Source: Vicugna vicugna
Lineage: Eukaryota
Direction of reading: 5' to 3'
Length of the DNA: 64,000 bases
Assembly: GCA_013265495.1 (NCBI GenBank)
Contig: MU060807.1
Location: forward strand, 5,636,921 to 5,700,920
The first letter of the stretch is position 1; each line of letters starts with the position of its first letter. The position numbers were made by a program, and so were the translations under genes. Under the pieces are notes generated by a model. The model did not search any database. It worked only from the letters and a program-made list of their open reading frames with translations, and was not told where the DNA came from. Below are positions 24,808-35,820 of this stretch, in pieces.

Positions 24808-25330
24808 TGATTCATTTATTTAACAGATTTTTTTTTGAGCGCCTACTGTGTGCTATACACTGTTCTAGACGTTGGAGGTGCCACAGTAAGGGGAACAAAG
24901 TTTTTGTTCTCATGAGGCTTGCGTTTGGTGGTGGGAACAAAGCAAGCAATTATATAGTGACGTATCAGTGTTCTTGATTTTTAAAAAGGCAAGAAAAGCA
25001 GGATAAAGAGGTATGGAGTGATGGGAGCCGGGTATGATTTTAGATAGAGTGCTTGGAAGAGATCTTCTTGATAAAAGAAGGCTTGAGCAGGAGCCTAAGT
25101 GAAATGAAGGAGTAAGTCATGTAGATAATGAAAAGAAATGCATTTCAAGTTGAAGGAAAGTATGTGCAAAGGTCCTGAGGTGGGAAAAGGCTGAATGTGC
25201 TTGAATAACATGAAGGAGACCCTGGTATCAGCAACAGAAGAAGTGATGGGAAGAGTGTTAAGAATCCAGGCCATTTGATACCCGTGGTGGCCGGATCCTG
25301 CAGGAACTCTAGGCTTTGAGGACTTAACTT
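24808..25330 (-). mobile_element. L2 LINE 3' end
   Basis: ttcatttatttaacagat..gagcgcctactgtgtgctatacactgttctag..atgtgcaaaggtcctgaggtggga. Confidence 0.85.
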
Positions 25331-26364
25331 GATTTTCAGTGAGCCTGGGGCACAGACAGCAGAGGCTGTTTCAACATTACAGACATTATGTAGGAGAAGT
25401 TAAGAATAGAAGGTAAGGATGGTGAATGCATGAGAATATGTTAGTGCTACATGTTTGCAAGAAGGAATTAATTTATAAAAATGAAATAACCCTATCCTTC
25501 AAATGAGAATATGTACCACACACTCCTCTGGCCCATCCTATCCCACTATAAAAGGCCATTCATATAATTATTTGGGAGAAGAAAAATCACTTTTATTAAA
25601 GTAAAGAAGTCAAACGTGTTACATATATTACTTATAATGAACAAAAACCCTTCCAATCAGTTATGGTACAAAAACCCATCAACAAATTCTTATATGTTTA
25701 AAAGAATAAACTATAAATACTGAATTTACTTTAAATCATTAAGTGATTTTTATTTAGTATTTAAGAGTGATAGTCACTCTATAGGGCAAATTTTGTGTAT
25801 TTGATTTTAACTGGGAGATTTTAAATTAGAACATAAGAAAAACAGAGTTAGGAAAGAAAAGCATGACTCTGAACTGTTGTCCAGTATTACATGGGTATGT
25901 TAAAATTTAAAGACTATGTAAACATTTACTACTCATTTTCATATAAATATAAATTTTCTAATTACTTTGAAAAAAGTATTTACAGACAAAAAAATCATAT
26001 TGCTCCATCCTCCCAAATGTATTTATATGTATGACAATAATTCTCTTTGACTAGTGATTTTTCAGTATTATCCTTTTCTTCTTCCTTTTTGGAACAAGTT
26101 TATTTTCTTAAATTACAGAATCACATGCTAATGCAGGTTTAGGATTGCAAACTTAAATCTCCATAACTCAAGAAAGTGCAACACAGGATTTTCATAACAG
26201 CATTGGTTTCCTTTTTTTTTTTTTTGGCCTTGTAGCAAAGGGTACATTTAAAACACTAACCAGCAGTCAAGGAATTAATATTTTATCACTATTGGACAAG
26301 TTAATGTTACTAAGAAGATCTGAACCTCCATATTTTCTGATTTTTTTGTTTGCTTGCTTTTAAT

Positions 26365-26655
26365 TAAATTTTCATTGTGTGATAATTATGGATTTATCTA
26401 CAGTTCTAACAAATAATACAGAGAGATCCTTTTCTCAGCTTCCCACCATGGTAACAGTTTGCAAAACTATAGTGCAGCGTCACAATGAGAATATGGCCGT
26501 CGGTACAGTCAAGACGCAAAACATTTCCATAAACCCGAGGACCCCTCAGGTTGCCCTTTTATGGCCACTGTCCTTCTCCCTCCTGCTCCCACGCCCTCCT
26601 TAGCTGGTGGCAACCACGAATCTGTTCTTCATTTCTATAATTTTGTTATTTCAAC
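26365..26655 (-). mobile_element. L1MD/L1MC-type 3' end
   Basis: cagcttcccaccatggtaacagtttgcaaaactatagtgcag..ggcaaccacgaatctgttcttcatttctataattttgttatttcaa. Confidence 0.8.
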
Positions 26656-26659
26656 AATA

Positions 26660-27410
26660 GTCCATCACTTATTCTTTCCTCTGCCTCCTCCGTTCTGCTG
26701 TTGAGTCAATCCATTAAGTTTTTTAATTTCTTTTTGAATTTTTTTATTCTAAAATTCCTCGTTGGCTCTTTGTCATATCATCTGTCTCTTTGCCTAGACG
26801 TTCATCTTTTCCCAGTTGTTTCAGGCATCTTTGTAAGTGCTCATGGAAGCACTCATTGTGTGTGCATGTGCGTGATAATGGCTTTAAAGTTTTTGTCCAG
26901 TGTTGTCATTGATTGATTTTTTTTCCATTCGTTTTGAAATCTTTCTGGTTTTTGCTATGATGAGTCGTTTTCTGCATTGAAACTTGAACATTTGGGCTAT
27001 GTTGTTACAAGAATCCGGATCTTACTTGTATCTTCAGTTTTCGGTGGCTGTTTGGACTCTGCTTCCGCAGGGGATGTGGGGCTCAAGCCAGCTCATTACT
27101 GCCGGGTGAGGGTAGAACTTCCCAATCAGACTTTGCTTGTACTGTTGGGGCAAGGCCATGATATTGGCGTGTGTGTATGGTTTTTGGCCAGAGGAGAGTG
27201 ATTATTATCTAAAAGCGTTCTTTCTTGCTAGGCTGCCCCTTTCCTGATCCTTTGGCCAGAGAGAGTGGACTTTTACTGGGGCTTCATATGCCTGTACTCG
27301 TGGCTTCTTCAGCTCTTAGCTGGAATGTATGAGGCACACAGCAGAGAACTCACTTTTGGTTATTCCTGGGGTCCCAAGGTCCATAGCCAACTGGCTTTTT
27401 TTTTTTTTAT
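26660..27410 (-). mobile_element. L1M 5' region (L1MD-like 5' end)
   Basis: ctaggctgcccctttcctgatcctttggccagagagag..ggcttcttcagctc..gagaactcac..ggggtcccaaggtccatagcc resembles L1MD-type 5' ends. Confidence 0.65.
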
Positions 27411-27689
27411 TCTACTTTTCAAAGTCTTCTTATGTTTGCCTTATACATAATATCCAGGGACTTTTTTTTTTTTTAAGTATGTGCTTAGCAGAAAAAATAG
27501 GGGGAAAAAAAGAACATCTACTTCATCTCAGAAGTGGAAATCTCTTTCACTCTTTCGATTCAAAGACAAATGAGCAAAAAATGTCAAATTATGGCGCTAC
27601 ACAGATACAGCCTAGTTGGAGCCCAGAGCAGCATTTTCTGGCTCCACAGTTTCACACTATACTTTGTAAAACTCTCAGATTTTGACACC

Positions 27690-28010
27690 TGTCCTTATTG
27701 TATGTCCCACAAGTACAAATATCTGATGGACATCTTTCCCTGGATCATCCATTAGCACCCAGAAGTCATCACATTTAAATATAATATAAAAATCTAAAGG
27801 TGAACTCATTTCCCTTCTATCTGCAGGCCACATCCATTTCTTTTCCTGATACATGTATTTTTTTCCGTTCTGAGTTCCATTCTCGTACCGCACACCCAGA
27901 TTTAAAATCTTGGAATGCCTTGGCCCTCACTGTTCCAGTCCACTCTGTCACCAAATCTCCTGCTGTACCGTCCCTTGCATTCTTCCTCACAGTTATGGGT
28001 TGCTTTTCAT
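27690..28010 (+). mobile_element. L2 LINE fragment
   Basis: atctgatggacatctttccctggat..tctaaaggtgaactcatttccc..cacccagatttaaaatcttggaatgcc..ctctgtcaccaaatc. Confidence 0.65.
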
Positions 28011-31000
28011 TTTTAATGCCATCGCATTAGCCAAGATCCTCAGTTTAACTGTGGAACTATTTTTATTCACATTCTGTTGTCTTCAGATGACTGCTCAGAC
28101 CACTTTTATAACATATCAGCCTTCTTAGAGCCAAATAATTATTCAGTTCCCAGCTTACCAGTTCCCCAACCTCTGTGCCTTGGCTTCTGCAAATAAAAGC
28201 CCATCCTTCTTATCTTCAGAATATTCTGTAATGATGCTCTTTGGAGGAACAGGTCAGAGAAACTCTGCTGAGAAGTCCTCCCTGGTCCCACCTGCCACAG
28301 GCAAGCTCTCTCCCTTTGACCACATATTCACTGTCAGTAGCTTCCTGTCATTCTGCCTTAGATATGGCATCTCTCCTATAGCGCCTTATTTATCTTCATT
28401 TTCTTTCTATAACCTGCCCCCAGACATCATGTATGGTAGTTATTAAAGTTGTTGAAAGCAAAACAAAAATAACTCGAAGCAAAGCTTGTCTTGAGAGTTT
28501 CTTTGTTTCTTCATTTTCTGTCTCTGTGGTCTCTCCAAAGTGATAATATTCAGTCCAAATGATTTGCAAATCCAGTGACCTTAAGGATATTATCAAGTGA
28601 ATGAAGTGCTCTTGAGTTTGTCTCCTAATAGGGATGAGGAAGGCCAATGTCTCTTTCTTCATAGGTGAGAGAGGGCAGCTGTGTTTCTGTCTGTGAAAGG
28701 TGTGAGTGAAGCAGGATGCCCAGGATGATATAATCAGTGACAAAGAACATCATCATCCCACTCGGTGGCTTCCAAGTTGTCTCTAGGCAACCGCGGTGCA
28801 GCCACATTAATAGATCAATCCAAGTGTGTAATTTGAGAAGCACCCATGACCTCTAAAGAGAGTTGCAGACAAGGTTTTTGCTCAGCAGTGACTCATCTTA
28901 GTTCTTGACTTTTTTTTCCTGGATTCAACCAAGGAACTCTGAGTAAGTTTGCTTTGCCACGTCTCAAAGAAACCCAGGGTAACTCACTCAGCCTTTGCTG
29001 TGAACAGAGGCCATCAGGTCACCTAAGAAACAGCCATTTGTGGACTCCTGCTTTATGCAATGATGACCTTGGCTTACACAACCCAAATTGAATGTGCCCC
29101 AACTCATGAAGTCAAGGCGATGTGGTAAACAGAGCCTGTGCCAACAGGACATCATTTCAACATCCTCTGGCGTAGAAAACGTGTTTGGGCAGGGGCACAC
29201 ACATCATAGGCTGAATTTTAGTGCGGGCATACAGCGGCAACCGTGTCATAGATCCATTAACTTCATGGAGACAGCCTCTGATGTTGCTTTAAGTCGGCTA
29301 CTTGTTCAAACTCCTGAAAAGTCACTGAAGCGAGTCATTTTGAAATGTAAACAATGGCCAAAAAGGTCTAGAAATAAAGCAGATGCAAGTTGTTGGATGA
29401 AGGTGTTAAATAAAACTCTTTTTTATGATATTGTTATTATGGTAATGATGGTTAGTTTCCAATACAGAGTTTCTTCTAGTTCTATAAAGTTGCCAAACTG
29501 TCTAAAAATATCCAGAATTATCTTCTAGCTATAATGATAAACTCTCGCAATATTGGGTGATTATTTACATGTTTAGAATCTTGATTTATGCTTTGCCATG
29601 AATATTATTTTGTGCCAGCTGACATCAGTTGACCTTAAGGTCTAGCTGAAGTTATCGGACTTTTAGGAGTAAAAGTCAGTTTCTCCCCTTGATCATTTCC
29701 TCAGAATTTATTTCTGTTGAGCACACTCCAGCATGGCCTCCAATAATAAACTAAATGGACATATTCTCCAATGTGGTTTATAGATATAGCCTGAACACTT
29801 CAATAAAACGAGCATTTAGCCTGCCGTCTCACGAAGTTGTCATAGTAATAATTTAAATGCCTACATTTTGTAGAAAGCCTTTCAGTTAATATTGGGTGCT
29901 TCAAGAACAGGTACAATGAATGATCTTTGAATGCTTCATGCGTAGCACTGTTGCAGACACTTGAAGCAATGCTCAATAAATGCTTGTTTAGATGGGTTTG
30001 TTCTGACTGTACCCTGGGCTCCCAGGAAAACCAGGAGGTTGCCAGTTGCTAAATAACTGTCTTAATTTGCAAAATTGAGTTCTACCTGGGTCTTTCTAAT
30101 GTTGGAATAGATTAAATGGCTGACAACATTCAGCAGTTTCACTATCTCAAATTATTTTGCTGAAGAGTAGTAAATTTAGGGGGCATTTACCATCCAAAAA
30201 TCAACCAGGAAAATGATGCAGTCTTCCAGTATTGTTTTGAAAAAGGCTGAGAGATGTGAAATTAAGAGCAGGTAAAGAGAGAGTAGCAGCTTCACAAAGT
30301 CTTTTTTTTTTCATTTTTTTTCTCCTGGCTGTGGCCCAAGGTCATCGGGCAGACATCTCTATCCAGTCACCACTATGGTTTGCACATTCTCTTGACCCTC
30401 TAATAGCTATTTTTTTGACCAAAAGGGATAAAAAAGGCAAGTTGTGGGTCTCAGCTTTTCACATAGTGCTATGCAAGAAATATGAACTTGGAAACTCCGG
30501 CTATGCACCTTGGTTCCCATTCTGCTTTTGATTCTCAGCTTTCTGTCTTTGGGGCAGCTTTTTAAAGATGGTATTACATCTCTAGGGCCTAATTCATACA
30601 AACATTAGCTTGTGATGGATAAAACAAATGTGAGATCTTGTAATAAATAAATAGCACCGTTTCGTATGAACCAGAACATTAAGAGACCTGAATCTAAAAT
30701 ACAGTATGCTCAGAATTATGGGGACCCTTGCTGCGGAAAGAAAAGATGTGCCACGGTGAGCTCAGAAATACGATTTAGCAAATGATCCAGACCAAAAAGC
30801 ATTTTAAAAAAGAGAGCTCTACCCAGTGAAGGAATTTCTAATAGGTTATTTGCATTTGTGAAGAGCTTGCCTGAATTGGTGGGGCCCTGCACCGGACCAC
30901 ATGAAGTTAAGTCTCCCGATTCAAGTAAGAATATTTTTACTATATTTTACAAACAAATCTGTTATCATTTCTATATACAGAGATCATAATTTGTGTTTAT

Positions 31001-31579
31001 ATAATATCACAGTCTTTAGTGGGATTCTGTTTCAGAATCAGTAGAAATGTTGAGGTTATGAAACATTTAAATTTTGAACCACTATCACAAACATTTACTA
31101 AATGAAATTAAAATCCTTGTTTATTCACAGTATCATGGCAGAATGAAATGAAAATGATGCTCTGTCTAATAGCGTGTCCCTTTTGGTGAATTTTATTTTG
31201 AAATTGAAATCTTTGAATTGAAACCTTAAACTATATTACATCCTTCTCTGACTTTTTAAGGCGTATGCTCTGGACCACATATCTGAGCCTTCGCCATGAG
31301 GTTAAACATGTTCATGACATTGAGGCCAGTGAGGAAGGGAACACCGCTGACCTGTGTTGTGTTACAACATAGGATGTGGATTCGTGTGGACTCACTCTTC
31401 TCTCCTTTTCCGTTGAAAAGATATCGCATTGCTTCTAACTGATTGTAATACCATAAAAAAAAATCTGCATTGCTTACAGCTCTTATCTTACGGTTTATTG
31501 TGAGGGTAATATAAAAATAGATTCAAACATGCATTGAACCTGATATGTGCTCAATCAGTATGAGCCGATATAACTTGAT

Positions 31580-31880
31580 ATTTGTTACGGACAATGTTCC
31601 CATGGAAGCATCCTCAAAGATGGAGCTGAGTGTGCCGCATGGTTCTGCAAAGTGCCCTTGAGGTCAACACCTGGCGAAAGGATGCCTGGACAGAGGAAGT
31701 CCAGGTATAACTCAGTCCCCAGATCAGCTCTGGCTAAACTTAGGAAGCTCTGGAGCTGGAATGACCCTTCGGACTTGGCCCAACTGGGCCTGGATGGCCA
31801 GACTCTTTCCACATGGATCTGTGACTGGACGTGATCTTGGTGAAGCAGCTCTTCACCACCGAGGCAGTCTCTAAAGGGCC
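31580..31880. mobile_element. ERVL-class LTR fragment (LTR16/LTR33-like)
   Basis: ggtcaacacctgg..ggaagctctggagctggaatgacccttc..gtgatcttggtgaagcagctctt..gaggcagtctct. Subfamily uncertain. Confidence 0.6.
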
Positions 31881-31884
31881 ACCG

Positions 31885-32060
31885 TTGGGGCCAGGACTCA
31901 GATAAAGTGGGTAAGGCAGTCTTCTCAGGGCAAAAATGAAAGCAGCACCAAAAACTCAGTGATCAAGATAGCTAATATTTTAAAGCAATTTTTAAAGATC
32001 CAAATTCATACAATAATCCACAATGAATAAAATATCAAAATTTAAATAGCTACGAGCTGT
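31885..32060 (+). mobile_element. hAT-Tip100-like DNA transposon fragment
   Basis: ggggccaggactcag..gggcaaaaatgaaagcagcaccaaaaactcagtgatcaagata..atccacaatgaataaaatatcaaaatttaaata. Confidence 0.45.
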
Positions 32061-32887
32061 TGTTTGTCTGTTTAATGGTCCTGTGATGGAAACCGTCTTT
32101 TCCAATCAGGTGATGGTTCTCAGGCTCTCCAAGGTATGACATCTCCACTGGGCAAGTTTATAACAATCGACAGTGGCTTGCAAATAGGTTGGGCAATGCA
32201 AGGTTCTATTTATAGCCATGGGTATTTTTGATATGCGTATACAGTGGCACATATATTTTCTTTTGCTTCAGGCTCCAAAGGGCAGCAACATTCCCAGCTT
32301 ATGGGCAACAAGTTCCTCAGTGAAACGGGATCTGGGAAGCCCTTCAAAGTGTTCTCCACAATTTTCTATATTGTTCAACAATTGAAAACGTCACTCAAAA
32401 ATGAAGATTTGATTTATAGTAAATAATGACCATACTTGGCTCCAGATTTTAACCTTTACCCCGGGTTAACAAAACAAAGTAACCAAACTTGTTTATCGAT
32501 ATATCAGAATCACATGCTAATATTTAATATATTAGGTATGGCTTGACGTTAGCATTAAGTCACAAATGAATGACCTGGGTTCTATTCTCTTTAACCAACC
32601 AAACAAAGCTAATTGGCTCATGCTAACAACTTAATGGTCTTTCAGAATTTCAGTTTTGAAATGAGAACGCCCTATTAGGTAATTTTTCAATTCTCACCCA
32701 ACTTTCAGTTTTAAATATTTGATTATTTATACTTTTGAGGAGGATCAAAGTTCATCCTTTAAGAAATTACTTTGTGTTGTTGTGAACCTAGAAAATCCTT
32801 CTGAAGCAAGCTTCATAAAATTGTTTGTTACTGCCCTGAAGGGCCTCACCCATCACGTACTATGAGTTACTGCTATTTATTTTAGTA

Positions 32888-33126
32888 CAGTTGACCCTTG
32901 AACACTGCAGAGATTAGGGGTGCAGACCCTCCCTGCAGTCAGGAATCCACATGTAACTTTACAGTCAGCTTTCCGTATCCATGGTTTCACATCCACAGAT
33001 CCAACCAACAGTGGATCGTGTAGTGTGTATTTAATCTAGTATGTACATTTATAAATTTAGTACACTTATAAATCAGCCTAAAATGGACCTCTGCAGTTCA
33101 AACCCATGTTGTTCCGGGGTCAACTG
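32888..33126. mobile_element. Tigger1-derived MITE (TcMar-Tigger), 239 bp
   Basis: TIRs cagttgacccttgaaca / tgttccggggtcaactg, flanked on both sides by a TA TSD. The 3' end gcagttcaaacccatgttgtt is typical of Tigger1. Confidence 0.92.
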
Positions 33127-33584
33127 TACTCTTGCTATGGGATCACCAGAATATCAGCTGTGATTCATTGGCGGTAGAATTATGTCTAATTCGAATGATC
33201 TTTCCCACCAATCTACCTTATTTTCTTCCGAATCTGTTGAGATTGCATAATCAACTTGATATAATTGCCTAAAGTTGTGTTTACCAAAGAGTCCAGAGGC
33301 TGAAGGGGAGGTTCACACAAATTCTGAAACATCTCCTTATGCTCTGAAAAATTCAGAGCGGAGCAACACATTAATTGTGGGGAGAGAAATTGGGTGGTAA
33401 ACAAACCTATGAATATGGTGTTTAGTGTTTCATTTTGGGTGCCGATTTTTCCCAGAAGGATTTTTGTCAAGGAGCATTAATTAACATGCACTTTGAGAAA
33501 AAGCTGGTGTGGTGTGAAAATAAGTAACATTTGAAGGAAGGACTTGGTGGTTCTTACTTTGAGTAATATGCGTCAAATTTGTTG

Positions 33585-33595
33585 TGCTGAGTCAT
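33585..33595 (+). promoter_or_regulatory. Perfect NRF2/sMAF antioxidant response element (TGCTGAGTCAT)
   Basis: Exact 11-bp consensus match. Motif only, no functional evidence. Confidence 0.4.
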
Positions 33596-34057
33596 TTCTT
33601 CTCCCCATTTCTTGGATTTGCTTAGGATCACTGAGATGGCGAGAGGATCAGCCTCTGGTTTTGTGAAGGATATAGGATTGAGCTCTCAGTTTTACTGTGC
33701 AAAGCTAGAAAATGAAAACCAAGGAAGTAGCAATTGGTGACTCATGCCTCTTGTATTACTTTTGTTAATCTATGCTTGGAAGAACTGAATACTTATCAGC
33801 CAGAATCACTGCCTTTAATTTCACTCGTCTCAAAATGTCAATATATAACCACGAGCGTGTTGATTCCCCCTGTTCCAATCCTGCAATCTGAAGAAGAGGG
33901 AAAATGGTTCATTTCACAAGTGGTTTCCAGGAAGACGTAAATTCTCGAAGTGCGGAGAGTGATTGATGAACAGTGTTGAGTTTGTTTGTGGGAGAACTTG
34001 TTTGACCTGTTACCCTCGCTGTCTGAGTAGAATGCTTTGCAGAGAAAGAGATGAGAA

Positions 34058-34118
34058 ACACGCACACGCACACGCACACATGCACACACGCACACACACA
34101 CACACGCACACACGTATA
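34058..34118. repeat. Alternating purine-pyrimidine (CA/CG)n tract, 61 nt
   Basis: acacgcacacgcacacgcacacatgcacacacgcacacacacacacacgcacacacgtata alternates without a break. Confidence 0.95.
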
Positions 34119-35459
34119 AACGTGTTAACCAAGCAAATCACATCTGGGAGCCACTGCTGAGACGTCATAACCACATCATATTCTATGGTAGGACTGCTCA
34201 GAGCTTGATGTACAGAGGGTGCATCTTAATCTCTGGCCATTTCGTTTTTCTTTAAATCCTCATTTGTGTTGTTGCCAGTGCTTCTCAGACCCTCTAGAAG
34301 AGGTAAGAAAATAATTGTAACAGATTAACATCTTTTTGTTTTATAAAATTTACTTATTGTGGGGAATCTTACCAGAATTAAATACATATTTATCTCTATG
34401 TCAGTTGAGTGCTCATCTCACAGGCTGAAGGACTTTGGTAGACATATACAGATGGGATTATGCCTGAATATAGTCATTTTTTTTTCTGCAAGGAGACATT
34501 TAAGCAGTGTGGTTTTTCAAAAAGCTAAAGCATAAGCTAAAAATACCATAGTATATTAATAGGAGCCTATTGACTATACTTAGGAATGTCCTGATGCCAA
34601 AATAGTTCACCAAAATGCCACAGTGTGTTGCAAGAGAAAATAATAATTCGTACTCAATGAACCACATAAATCCTACATTTAACTGAAAATATATACATTA
34701 TTTAACATCATATCTATGTTATTTAACATCAGAGTATCTTTTAAGACACTTATTAATTTATTGGTTTGCTTATTATAAGTATAAAATCAGAACTTGAGTG
34801 ATGGACAGTGTTTGCATTTGTAAGTCGTACAGTAGAAACCATTAAATAAGTGAACAGTGGGATTTCTATACATGTCAAAAAAAAATGTGTATACACAGAC
34901 ATTTCTGATCATGTAACTTAATTTATCCAAGATGGATCTTCAATAAAAATTAATATAATATCACATAACATAATTTATGCCATGATAATTAGTTCAATAT
35001 TGCATTAAGTGAAAATAGTTAAATTTACCCAATTAATACAGACTGACCAGTAATCATTTTAGTATTTCCTTATTATTTTCTAGAGTACCTTATTAACTGA
35101 AGTGAATTTTACTAATTTGAGAACATCATTCATATCTTGCTTATATACGTTTAATTTATATTTAATTCTAAATCAGTCTCCTTCCCCCCACCAAAAAAAA
35201 AAAAAAAAACCTCTATTGAACAAGATCACTTTGCTTGCTTGTTTCTTTATCATTTGGACAATGACACCAACACAGCAGTTGTACTTTGAACAACTAAAGT
35301 TGATCTTGGTAGACTGATTCCATCAACATCCCCGGACTCACAGTTTTGAGATCCGTCAAAAAGGTGGAAACCCTGTCTGAGTTATTTGCTCTTTCCTGTC
35401 AGAGCCCTGCCTTTATCTCATGCAATCTGGGTGATCTGAGGAAGGTTCTACAATATGAC

Positions 35460-35820
35460 ACTGATGTAGGAGGAGTTTAGGGAACCCCTCAGGGGAGGCA
35501 GAGTTCCATTGGGCTGGAGGGAGTAAGAGGAAGGGGTCCTTCCTGGAACCAAGAGAGAGCAGTTCTCTGGAGAGATCCTTCAGATGAGAGTAATGACCAG
35601 CTGAGCATTGTCAGCAAGTAGGAAACTAGGGGCATAAAAAGTTCAAACTCACTCCCCTCATTCCAGTCTCTTGCCAGGACCTTCCATTGGTTGAACCCAC
35701 ATGGATCGTGAACCCACAGGGACCCACAAGGGGATCATTGTTGTGTTATTTACGGATCCGCCTCTCAGAGCGCTAAGCAGAGTGGACCCAAATGGGGAGT
35801 GTATCCAGAGGGACATTCGT
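35460..35820. mobile_element. ERVL-class LTR fragment (LTR16/LTR33-like)
   Basis: ctcactcccctc..ccttccattggttgaaccca..gcctctcagagcgctaagcagagtgg..gtatccagaggg. Subfamily uncertain. Confidence 0.55.

Noticed and set aside
26116-32521. Exact 17-bp repeat CAGAATCACATGCTAAT at 26116 and 32505
   Set aside because: About 0.4 such matches are expected by chance among all position pairs in 64 kb, and the flanks do not align.
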